A stretch of 64,000 nucleotides of DNA from Acidobacteriota bacterium (GTDB taxonomy: Bacteria > Acidobacteriota > CAIWXX01): the NCBI GenBank assembly GCA_040755995.1, contig JBFMAF010000034.1, positions 48,743 to 112,742 of the forward strand, written 5' to 3'. The notes beneath the pieces were generated by a model. The model did no database searches. It was not told where the DNA came from and saw nothing but the letters and a program-made list of their open reading frames with translations. This document shows positions 38,711 to 47,187 of this stretch, in pieces; position 1 is the first letter of the stretch; each line of letters opens with the position of its first letter. Both the position numbers and the translations under genes were made by a program.

Positions 38711-39215
38711 GTGATCCTCCCGTGTTGCTCGCGCGCTGGTCCAACGCGACGCGCAGCTTGTTTTTGATGCGCAATAGTTTCGTGCCGACGTTTGACACGG
38801 AGATGCCGAGCACTTCCGCGATCGACGCGTGGTCGGTCCCGTCGAGGTAGAGAAGGACGAGCGCCTTATCGAGCGCGCCCAGATCGTCGATGCAGCGCAA
38901 GAGGAGTTGGACATCCTCGTTGGGCTCGACGCAAGCTGCCGCGATGGTGATCGCGTGGGCGTCGAGCGACAGGTGCCCCTCCCGATGCCGCCGTCCACGG
39001 CGGTAAAACGAGATCGCGACGTTGAGCGCGATGCGATAGACCCACGTCGTCTCCTTGTAGCGCTCGTCGTACCGGTGGCGGTAGCGCCAAAGTTGCAGGG
39101 CGACCTCCTGAAAGACGTCCTCGCGGTCCGTCACGTCCCGGCAATAGGCGTAGGCGATCTTGTGGATCAGCCGGGCGTGCCGCCGGATCAGGTCGGTGAA
39201 CTCTTGGGCTTCCAT
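38697..39215 (-). CDS. ECF-subfamily RNA polymerase sigma factor
   Basis: EDVFQEVALQLWR, TWVYRIALNVA, IAEVLGISVSNVGTKLLR. Confidence 0.92.
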   Translation of the reverse strand: MEAQEFTDLIRRHARLIHKIAYAYCRDVTDREDVFQEVALQLWRYRHRYDERYKETTWVYRIALNVAISFYRRGRRHREGHLSLDAHAITIAAACVEPNEDVQLLLRCIDDLGALDKALVLLYLDGTDHASIAEVLGISVSNVGTKLLRIKNKLRVALDQRASNTGGSHAVR

Positions 39216-39358
39216 CGGGGGTATTATTCGCAGGCGCCCCTCGCCAGATCACAGGCTCAGTCGTTCTTTCTTCCGGCGCCCCGACGCAGGGGGCTGCTGA
39301 GCCCCGCCGCCTCCACGGACGGCCTGAAGAGAGCCCGCCTGCGCCGATCCCGCTATCG

Positions 39359-39400
39359 GCCTAACAATAATTAGACTGATCCGCATAAGATGCGGAACTA
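39359..39400 (-). other. Putative integron attI site
   Basis: Minus strand ...CTTATGCGGATCAGTCTAATTATT-GTTAGGC: core site with no attC hairpin, at the head of the first cassette. Confidence 0.6.
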
Positions 39401-39500
39401 CGCTTCCCTGCCTTGATAGCGCGTCGCTGATTCATCCGGCAGAATCGCGATAAGTCCTTCTGTTTCAGTCATTTGTGCCCCATGCTTTGGAATATCCTCC

Positions 39501-39526
39501 GTTCTTATGCGGATCGGCATAAGAAC
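39501..39526. repeat. Palindrome GTTCTTATGC-GGATCG-GCATAAGAAC; also a 13-bp inverted repeat with 39378-39390
   Basis: TCTTATGCGGATC (39503-39515) is the exact reverse complement of GATCCGCATAAGA (39378-39390). Confidence 0.75.
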
Positions 39527-39538
39527 CTCCTCGTTGCC

Positions 39539-39572
39539 TCAAAGTCCGTCAACCGGGCTGCGTAGGCCCCTG
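39539..39572 (-). pseudogene. intI: Remnant of the integron integrase C-terminus
   Basis: Encodes RGLRSPVDGL-stop, matching the IntI tail GVRSP[LV]D, directly upstream of the putative attI. Confidence 0.45.
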
Positions 39573-39932
39573 AGTTCCCCGTCACGCGGGGTGGCCGCTT
39601 CCTGGGGCGCCCGCCCGGGTTGCGCCGCGCGATGGCCCACCGAGTTCACCGGACGAAGCGAAGGGGCCACCTCAACCGGTTCGCCAGTGACGACGTCGAC
39701 CGGGCATCCCCTCGGTGTCCGGCACTGTACGATGCTTCTCTTCGGGATGCCAGCGCCGATCAGGGGTAGTCTTGATCTTCGCCACTCGTTGCGGCTCATA
39801 TGGCACGATCACTCTCAACCGCCCCCTGCGTCCTGGATCAACTACTACAGCGCTAATCGCTGCGAACTCCCTCCATTCTGAACCGAGACGACGAATGTGT
39901 CAACAAGGCTTGCGCGTGCGCGTGCGCGCACC

Positions 39933-40293
39933 CACCACGGCCCGTTCGATTCGCAGAAGATCTTCCTCGTGATCCGGCACGGCGCTCGAGCTCAAGCCGC
40001 TGCCACTGGACTGCACATTCTACTGCTACGAGTGCAAGGGCATGGCGGCGAGGAAGACCTGCCCGCACGAGAGCAACGCGGTGATCGACGAGAACGGCAA
40101 CTACAAGGGCGGCGCCAGACTCCTGCTCTCCGGCACGCTGCTCCGCAAGCTGATGAGCGAAGGCAAGCCGGTGCCCGAGGAGTTCAGTAAGCCCGAGGTC
40201 ATCGCGATCCTGAACGACTACTACGACAGCATCGAGAAGAAGGTGGAGATCAAGCTCCACGGTCACGCCACAGGCGCCGCCGAGAAGAAATAG
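39933..40293 (+). pseudogene. sat: sat copy 3 (3' fragment, frameshifted)
   Basis: HGPFDSQKIF...[27 protein letters not shown]...[14 protein letters not shown]. Confidence 0.9.
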
Positions 40294-40323
40294 CCACCCT
40301 CTATACCCTTGCTACGCTTCACC

Positions 40324-40355
40324 AACCGGGGCCTCCGGGCGCCGGTTTTTCCTTT
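40324..40355 (+). terminator. Terminator after sat copy 3 (variant)
   Basis: AACCGGGGCC-TCCG-GGCGCCGGTT-TTTCCTTT. Confidence 0.75.
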
Positions 40356-40369
40356 CGGTAGCAAAGTTC

Positions 40370-40415
40370 TTGACATCATACCCATTATGGGGTGTATCAT
40401 TCCCAATATGGGAAT
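40370..40415 (+). promoter_or_regulatory. Promoter region with two palindromic operators
   Basis: TTGACA at 40370. Repeats ACCCATTATGGGG and TTCCCAATATGGGAA, the second overlapping the start codon. Confidence 0.55.
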
Positions 40416-41013
40416 GAGCAGGTCATCGGTGGGGATCGCTGACGCATTGTTCACCAAGGTGCAGCAGCGTGTGCTTGGGGTTCTCTTGGGAAATCCTGGC
40501 CGGACTTTCTACGCCAACGAGATCATCGCGCTCGCCGGGTGCGGCACCGGCGCGGTCCAGCGGGAGCTGGCCCGCCTTGCAGCGGCGAAGCTGGTGACGG
40601 TCACCCGCGTTGGCAATCAGAAGCACTACCAGGCAAACGCTGCCGCGCCTGTCTTCGAGGAGTTGCGCGGCCTGGTGCTGAAGACCTCCGGGCTAGCTGA
40701 TGTGCTTGGTGCTGCGTTGGCACCGCTGGCGACGCAGATCAGTGCTGCTTTCGTCTACGGCTCGGTGGCCAAGGGGCAGGACACGGCAGTGAGCGACATC
40801 GATCTGATGGTGCTGAGCGACACTTTGGCCTACGCCGATCTCTTTGTCGCCCTCGAAGGGGCCGCGAAACGGCTCTGTCGCCAGGTGAATCCGACGGTGT
40901 ACTCTCGGCAAGAACTCGGCAATCGGATTCAACAGGGCAATTCCTTTGTCACACGGGTCCTGGCGCAACCCAGGCTCTGGTTGATCGGTGGGGAACGTGA
41001 TCTCGGCGCTTGA
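40408..41013 (+). CDS. HTH-fused minimal nucleotidyltransferase (MNT) antitoxin
   Basis: N-terminal wHTH (GAVQRELARL); FVYGSVAKG..SDIDL. Confidence 0.85.
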   Translation: MGMSRSSVGIADALFTKVQQRVLGVLLGNPGRTFYANEIIALAGCGTGAVQRELARLAAAKLVTVTRVGNQKHYQANAAAPVFEELRGLVLKTSGLADVLGAALAPLATQISAAFVYGSVAKGQDTAVSDIDLMVLSDTLAYADLFVALEGAAKRLCRQVNPTVYSRQELGNRIQQGNSFVTRVLAQPRLWLIGGERDLGA

Positions 41014-41425
41014 GAACCTGTGCGGCCCAGGGAAACCGCTCAAGAAGGAACCGCCTGATACCCAGGAATATCAGGGCCTGAGGCGGTCCGGATTGGTACG
41101 GCTTGCCGACGCCGGCAACACCGCCAACTCGCTCGAGAGCCGCTTCGACCTGGGCTACAACGCGGCGCATTCCCTATGCTTGGCGGCGTTGCGCCGTCAC
41201 GGCTATCGGGCGGTCAACCGATACGTCGTCTTTCAGGTGTTGCCGCACACTCTGGGCCTGGGGCCGGAGGTATGGCGCGTCCTGGCCAAGTGCCATGACC
41301 TCCGGAATCTCGGCGAGTACGAGGGCGACCTCGGGGTCGATGGGCGAATCGTAACCGGCCTGATCGCCGCCTGTCAGGCAGTGGCCGCCAGGCTGGACGC
41401 GCTGGGACCGCCGAGCCAACCGTGA
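40997..41425 (+). CDS. HEPN-like partner of the MNT
   Basis: SRFDLGYNAAH...GYR...HDLRNLGEY; overlaps the MNT gene. Confidence 0.72.
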   Translation: MISALENLCGPGKPLKKEPPDTQEYQGLRRSGLVRLADAGNTANSLESRFDLGYNAAHSLCLAALRRHGYRAVNRYVVFQVLPHTLGLGPEVWRVLAKCHDLRNLGEYEGDLGVDGRIVTGLIAACQAVAARLDALGPPSQP

Positions 41426-41685
41426 CCGCCGTTGGCCAGATCGAAATGCTGACGCAGCAGCGGGTGGTGGCGCTGTCAAGCGACTCGGCGGGCTAGGCAG
41501 ATTCCTTGGGACTGTCTTGCCGCAACGGCGTCGCCGGGCCTGTCTTTGGGCCGTAGCACTGCCGCCGCCCTTTATGCCGAGCTTCGCGAATAGATCTACG
41601 TGCGGTATCTCTGAGTACTGCGGCAGCAGGCCGCGCCCGCGGGCCTGATCGAGCATGGCGAGTATCTCGCCGAACTGCAGTTTCG

Positions 41686-42471
41686 ATCCGGCCATTCTCG
41701 GAGCCCTACTACCCCGAGATGTTCGCGAGCATCTACCGGAGGCCTGCTGACGCGAGGAAACTCTTCCAGGAGCGCGGGTGGAGCACCGTGGCGCCCCTGC
41801 AGCTGCGCAACCCGATGCACGGCTCGCACGCATACCTGGCGTGGATCGCCATCGAAGTCTGCGACGGCGTCTACATTCAACAGCTCGTGGGCAAGCTGAA
41901 GCCGGGAGACATCCTGGCCGAAGTGCGCGTGAAGGCGATCGATGCGCTCGTGAACAAGTACCTCCGCAAGGAGCGCGTGATCCAGCGCGGGTACCCGATG
42001 GAGATGAGGTATGCCGGACCGCGTGAGGCGCTGGTGCACGCGGTGTTTCGCCAGAACTACGGTTGCAGCCACCTGATCGTCGGCCGCGACCACGCGGGTG
42101 TCGGCGACTACTACGGCCCGTTCGATGCGCAGAAGATCTTCCTGGAGATCCCGCACGGCGCGCTCGAGCACAAGCCGCTGCCCCTCAATTGGACCTTCTA
42201 CTGCTGCGAGTGCAAGGGTATGGCGTCGATGAAGACCTGCCCGCGCCAGAGCAAGGCCGTTATCGATGAGAACGGCAACTACAAGGGCGGCGCCAAGCTG
42301 CTGCTTTCCGGCACGTTGCTCCGGAAGCTCGTGAGCGAAGGGAAGCCGGTGCCCGAGGAGTTCAGCAAGCCCGAGGTCATCGCGATCCTGAACGACTACT
42401 ACAACAGCATCGAGAAGAAGGTGGAGATCAAGCTGCACGGATTCGCCACCGGCGACGCCGGCAAGAAGTAA
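41686..42471 (+). pseudogene. sat: sat copy 4 (3' two-thirds, degraded)
   Basis: Lacks the first ~165 codons, frameshift near 41700, missense changes at conserved sites (IQRGYP, YCCEC, CPRQ). Confidence 0.9.
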
Positions 42472-42502
42472 CACCCCCTCATGCCCTAGCTACACATTCG
42501 CC

Positions 42503-42532
42503 AACCGGGGCCCCGGACCCCGGTTCTTTCTT
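42503..42532 (+). terminator. Terminator after sat copy 4 (variant)
   Basis: AACCGGGGCCCCGGACCCCGGTT-CTTTCTT. Confidence 0.7.
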
Positions 42533-42654
42533 GGCCCTGCCGGATGGTCGACGCTTCGATGGCGTGCACCTCTTCAGCGCGCGCCGGAACAAGATACTCC
42601 TAGCACGCAGGTCACTCACCCTGCCGCATAGCTGCATGGACGCGCTCGGCCCAC

Positions 42655-43002
42655 TCACTGAGGTTCGCATTTCGATTGGATGACGTGGCCGATCGCCTTC
42701 ACGATTCTCCGAAAGGCTGGACTATCCAAGGTCCCCCTTGGACCGGAGGAGAAATCGATCTGCTCTTTGTCGATGGAGAAAATGTTCTCGCACTGCGCCA
42801 CGCAGTCCACTGTGAAACCAAACTCCCCCGGTTGGAATGGAACACAGCTCGGCAGTTTGCTCCTCGCGGGAAATCGGGAGGAGGTGCACGGTACCACGAA
42901 TACGTAGCGGCCGCGGTTCAACTCCTCGCGGGATACGATGATCACTGGATGTGGACCCGCCGGGCCGAAGTCCGCGGTGTAGATCTGGCCGGGCCGGATC
43001 AC
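42655..43002 (-). CDS. PemK/MazF-family toxin
   Basis: RPGQIYTADF...HPVIIVSREELN...VVPCTS...AQCENI. Confidence 0.85.
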   Translation of the reverse strand: MIRPGQIYTADFGPAGPHPVIIVSREELNRGRYVFVVPCTSSRFPARSKLPSCVPFQPGEFGFTVDCVAQCENIFSIDKEQIDFSSGPRGTLDSPAFRRIVKAIGHVIQSKCEPQ

Positions 43003-43217
43003 GGAATCTCATCCAGGCGACCCGCGGCGTTGCGCAAAGCAGTGGAATGGATGATCTGTTCGCGTCGTTCGTCCTCGAACAACGCCCGCATCGCCTCATA
43101 CTCGTCCTCCGGAACAAGGACATAAGCAGTGTCAGTGCGGGGATCGACCACACGTTGGGGGTGCTTGTCCTCCCTGTCTAGTGCCTGCTGCTGGTCGGAA
43201 GTCAGTGTGATACTCAT
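42999..43217 (-). CDS. Putative antitoxin
   Basis: 72 aa acidic ORF (AYVLVPEDEYE) overlapping the toxin start. Confidence 0.7.
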   Translation of the reverse strand: MSITLTSDQQQALDREDKHPQRVVDPRTDTAYVLVPEDEYEAMRALFEDERREQIIHSTALRNAAGRLDEIP

Positions 43218-43280
43218 CGCGTATCAAACCTTCGTGCACATTCTACCATCGCGCGATGGGGTCGGCCATAAAATAGAATC

Positions 43281-43913
43281 TCATCGTTTCTGGAATTCCC
43301 TCTCGCACTTCTTCCCTTCGAATTTCCAGGTCTTCGCTATCTCGTCACGAATACTGCAACTCGTCTCGTATGTCTCTGGTGAGGCACACAGCGTTATTTC
43401 ACATATGGAGCCGCCATTGTCTATTGCAATGATGCTGTCTTCCCAGAACAACGTACCCGTGTCATTACACCTGTACAGGACCACCAGGTGCTTAGCTTTG
43501 AGGTCTCCAAGTACGGTGTCCGCAACATCCTTCTTGAGCACTGATGCATTCTCTTCTTCCAACCACCGAAGGCGCAGAGCCACGACCTGGTTAAGGGAAC
43601 CGGGGATGTCTTGCGGGTCATCAAGTATTGCTCCGTAGTCGCCCTGAACCAACAGGTAGTCTGTACCCGCCTCGTTGGGTAATATGGCTCCAAAGCCATG
43701 ATGAGACGAGGACCGCGAACTATCCCTGCCGAGAACCCCGTTCGGAATCGTGACAGAAGAGCAGTGATCCGGATGAAAATAGTATCCTGAAAAGATCACT
43801 TGGTTGTCACTCAGGAAGCCTGCAACGAAGCCCGACCGGTCACAATCTCCTGCAATAGACGGCACTGCACATGCAAGGATCGAGACCGCGGTCAGGAAGG
43901 TTTTCCTCTTCAT
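43281..43913 (-). CDS. Secreted Cys-containing hypothetical protein
   Basis: ATG after GGAGG; signal peptide MKRKTFLTAVSILACAVPSIA. Confidence 0.6.
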   Translation of the reverse strand: MKRKTFLTAVSILACAVPSIAGDCDRSGFVAGFLSDNQVIFSGYYFHPDHCSSVTIPNGVLGRDSSRSSSHHGFGAILPNEAGTDYLLVQGDYGAILDDPQDIPGSLNQVVALRLRWLEEENASVLKKDVADTVLGDLKAKHLVVLYRCNDTGTLFWEDSIIAIDNGGSICEITLCASPETYETSCSIRDEIAKTWKFEGKKCEREFQKR

Positions 43914-43985
43914 GGCACGTCCTCCCCATCGACGAGGTAGATCTAGGGCAGAACCAGCCGGGCGTAAAGGAGCGTCAGACGACAA

Positions 43986-44047
43986 GCCGGACGCTAGACA
44001 TCGGTGGCGGCGCGCAACGGGGGCTCCGCTGCATGCGGATGTCCGGC
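43986..44047 (-). other. Degenerate attC site
   Basis: Minus strand GCCGGAC-ATCCGCATGCAGCGGA...GCCACCGATGTCTAGC-GTCCGGC: same family as the other attC sites, with mutated cores. Confidence 0.5.
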
Positions 44048-44222
44048 GGCTTCTCCAGGATTCGCTCCGAGCTCCCATTCGTATACCCGCTCACCGTATC
44101 TACGTAGTTGCCACGTGCCTCAAGGCAATCCCTTGTGGGACCAGAATGGCGGCGGCATGGATCTCGAAGTGAATAACTCTGTTCATTCATTCCCTCCTTG
44201 ATTGTCCATCGGCGCTGTTCAC

Positions 44223-45560
44223 TCAGTCGCTCTCATCCAACGCCGCCCTGACCTTGGCGGCCAGGTCCTGCGCCGAGAACGGTTCTTGAATGAATCTGCA
44301 GCCCTTATCCAGCACGCCCCGGTGCGCGATGATATCCGCCGTGTAACCCGACATGTACAAGCATTTCACCTCGGGGCAAAGGGTCTTCATCCGTTCTGCC
44401 AATTCCCGTCCGTTCATTACGGGCAGCACCACATCGGTGACCAGCAGGGCGAGCTGGCCGGCATGGGCCGCAGCCGATCGCAGGGCTTCGGAAGGGGTTT
44501 GGGCCGTCAGGACCCTATAGTTGAGCCCGGAGAGAATCCTGTCGGCCAGCTTCAAGATCGAGACCTCGTCCTCGACCACCAGCAACGTCTCGCCGAAGCC
44601 CTTTGCAGCTCTCCTAGCGGCCTGCTCGCGTTCTTCGGGGATATCCCCGATGTGCCTGGGCAGGTAGATCCTGAAAGTCGTGCCTTGACCTGGTTCGCTC
44701 GCAACGCTAATGAAGCCTTCGTTCTGCTTGACGATGCCGTAGACGGTGGCCAGGCCCAGGCCGGTCCCCTTGTACTTCTCTTTGGTGGTGAAGAAGGGCT
44801 CGAACAGGTGTTCGAGTATCTCCTTGTCCATGCCGCATCCGTCGTCGCTGAACGCCATCAGCACATACTGGCCGGGAACGAGCTCGGCGTGGTCGGCGCA
44901 GTCTGCTTCATCGACCACTACGATTCCCGTCTCGATGGTGACCTTGCCTACTCCGGTGATGGCGTCTCTGGCGTTGACCGCCAGGTTGGCCAGGATCTGG
45001 TCGATCTGGGAGGGATCCATCCTCACCATGCACCTTTCATGCGCCGGCCTCCAATCCAGATCGACATCCTCGCCGATGAGCCTGCGGAGCATCTTGAGGA
45101 TACCCGATACGCTGTCGTTCAGATCGAGCACTCTCGGGCTTATGGGCTGCCTCCGCGCGAAGGCGGCAATTGGCGCGTGAGGTCCGCGGAGCGCTTCGCG
45201 GCGGACAGCACCTCCGTCAAACCTGTGGAGATCGGGCTCTCTGGAGGCAGGTCTGCGAGAGCGAGCTCGGTATTCCCCAGGATCACTCCCAGCATGTTGT
45301 TGAAATCGTGGGCTACTCCGCCTGCAAGTCTTCCCACGGCCTCCATCTTCTGGGCCTGTCTGAGTTGCTCCTCCAGGTTCCTGCGCTCCTCCTCCGCCTG
45401 CTTGCGCTCGGTGATGTCCTGGGCAGCGGTGAGGGTGAATCTCTCCTTTCCGATTTCCACGGTATCTACGTTCACGTTGAAGACACGCACATCGCCGGAC
45501 TTCGTCCGCAAGCGCAGCTCATAATCCCGTATCACACCACGCTTCTGAAACTCGGCCAGG
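44223..45560 (-). pseudogene. Hybrid sensor kinase (PAS-HisKA-HATPase-REC), 5'-truncated and frameshifted
   Basis: AGGVAHDFNN, NARDA, FFTTK..GTGLGL and REC domain. 1-bp loss near 45165 (LTRQL/AFARRQ). Confidence 0.85.
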
Positions 45561-46272
45561 TCAGGTCGAGACGCATCACAAGCCGGTCCGTGGCCCTCTC
45601 GGGTGAAATCCCGATGGACCTCGCCTGCTCTTGGAGCTTGGTGACGAACTCGCCACCGCCCTGCAGGTGAGGGTGTGGATGCCTGTCAACGATGCGGAAT
45701 CCGAGCTTCTCCCAGAAAGTGTGCCCGGCGCTGCCCGTGACCTCGTAGATGAGGGGGAGGTCCTCAAATGACTCGGCCTCGATACATTCCCAGCCGTTTG
45801 TCTTGGCCCAATCAATCAGCGTCCTGACCATGCACGTGCCGACGCCCTTTCGCTGGTAAGCATTCTCCTTCTGCTGCGGCGAGCCTGCCATCAGGCAGTG
45901 AACTGCGAGCGTCCTGTCATCTATCTGCGCGGGGGCCGGGTAGCTGCTGTTGGCGAAATCCTCAGCGGGGCCGAAGGGATAGTCCTGTTGAAGGCAAAGA
46001 CCGCCGGCACCATCCATGCTGCATACAACCTTCGGGTAGAAACGAAGATGCCCCACGATTTCCTTGCCGTCGCGCGCCACCATGGCGCACACGCCGTAGG
46101 TCCTGGTCAGCTTCCTCAGAAGCGGCAAGTTCCGATCGCGGAAGCGCTCCCACGGTAGTTCGCTGTCGGGCGGCCACCGGTCGATGATGTCGCGGGAAAG
46201 CGGTCCACAGTGGAGACAGCGCCACAGGATGAACTCCTCCGTCATCGGTTCAACCATGACGTCTTCAATCAT
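45532..46272 (-). CDS. GNAT-family N-acetyltransferase-like protein
   Basis: VHCL...YQRKGVGT, FWEKLGF. Confidence 0.75.
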   Translation of the reverse strand: MIEDVMVEPMTEEFILWRCLHCGPLSRDIIDRWPPDSELPWERFRDRNLPLLRKLTRTYGVCAMVARDGKEIVGHLRFYPKVVCSMDGAGGLCLQQDYPFGPAEDFANSSYPAPAQIDDRTLAVHCLMAGSPQQKENAYQRKGVGTCMVRTLIDWAKTNGWECIEAESFEDLPLIYEVTGSAGHTFWEKLGFRIVDRHPHPHLQGGGEFVTKLQEQARSIGISPERATDRLVMRLDLTWPSFRSVV

Positions 46273-46416
46273 GGCACGCTCAGTCCAGGCCACCGCTGAT
46301 GCCCACGCGCGGGTATCGCCTCGACAGTGGGATCGCAACGTGGCTCAGCCGCACCGTGGTCATCCCCCAACCCTCCTTCTCCGTCGGCCGGTCGCCCAGC
46401 CGCTGCGCGCGGCGGC

Positions 46417-46728
46417 TCAGACCCGGGCTCTCCGCCTGGCGCTCCGTGCATGGCCGACGCTGGCTTCCATGTAGGCCCTGAGCAGTGAGTTGATGCGCGT
46501 CTGATAACCCGGCCCTTGGGATCGGAACCACTCCAGGATGTCATCATCCAGGCGGACTGTGAGCAGCGACTTGCGCCGGATCGGTTTCAGGCCGCGCCTG
46601 ACCAAAGCGCGGGCGAACATCTCCGGTGTGATTTCAGGACTGTCAGACAGGTCGATATCCTCGTCTTTGGTTGCGTCCACACGTGCCCAATCAGTGCACG
46701 ATTTGTTCGAAGTAGCTTTCTTCCTCAT
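46417..46728 (-). CDS. brnA: BrnA antitoxin
   Basis: LTVRLDDDILEWFRSQGPGYQTRINSLLR. Confidence 0.9.
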   Translation of the reverse strand: MRKKATSNKSCTDWARVDATKDEDIDLSDSPEITPEMFARALVRRGLKPIRRKSLLTVRLDDDILEWFRSQGPGYQTRINSLLRAYMEASVGHARSARRRARV

Positions 46729-46966
46729 GTCTCATTGCCTTTCGGACCGAGATGATCCTGATCAGATCACCCTCCTCCGTGTGCGCGACCACGACGGGGC
46801 GCCCCTTGAGCAGGCCGACCGTCTGAAAGCGCCTCTCGTCATAGTCAAAGCGTGTGTCCTCGATTGTAGCCGTGATGCCCTCGAACACGTCCTCGATACC
46901 CACGAAATCAATCCCGTGCTTGCGGAGATTCGCCCGCCGCTTCTTCTCGTCCCATTCGAACCGCAC
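46691..46966 (-). CDS. brnT: BrnT toxin
   Basis: MRFEWDEKKRRANLRKHGIDF...ERRF...IRIISVRKA. Confidence 0.92.
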   Translation of the reverse strand: MRFEWDEKKRRANLRKHGIDFVGIEDVFEGITATIEDTRFDYDERRFQTVGLLKGRPVVVAHTEEGDLIRIISVRKAMRHEEESYFEQIVH

Positions 46967-47187
46967 GCGATGATTGTAACTACTGATCGTAATTACGTCA
47001 ACGTGGCGCTGTCGGCGCTGACTGTGGACATGAGGACACTCCCCCGGGTTTGGGGTTTGTGCAACTCATCGGTTCTGCAAGAGAGCGCATTTGCGCGGCG
47101 ATGGGCGCTACGCTTGTGGCCGCGCCCAGGCCACCCACCATGATAGCCGAAAGAACGAGCGATGGATGTGAGCGGATTGCATGCTGG

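Noticed and set aside
39575-39930. Larger part of an intI gene upstream of the RSPVDGL tail
   Set aside because: No HxLRHSFATHLL or TTMIYTH motif in the translated ORFs of this region; only the tail is supported.
41450-41685. Coding-like fragment on the minus strand ([31 protein letters not shown])
   Set aside because: Too short to assign; probably debris at the junction with sat copy 4.
19627-42471. sat repeats as the template/variable repeats of a diversity-generating retroelement
   Set aside because: No reverse transcriptase in the window, and the differences are not confined to adenines.
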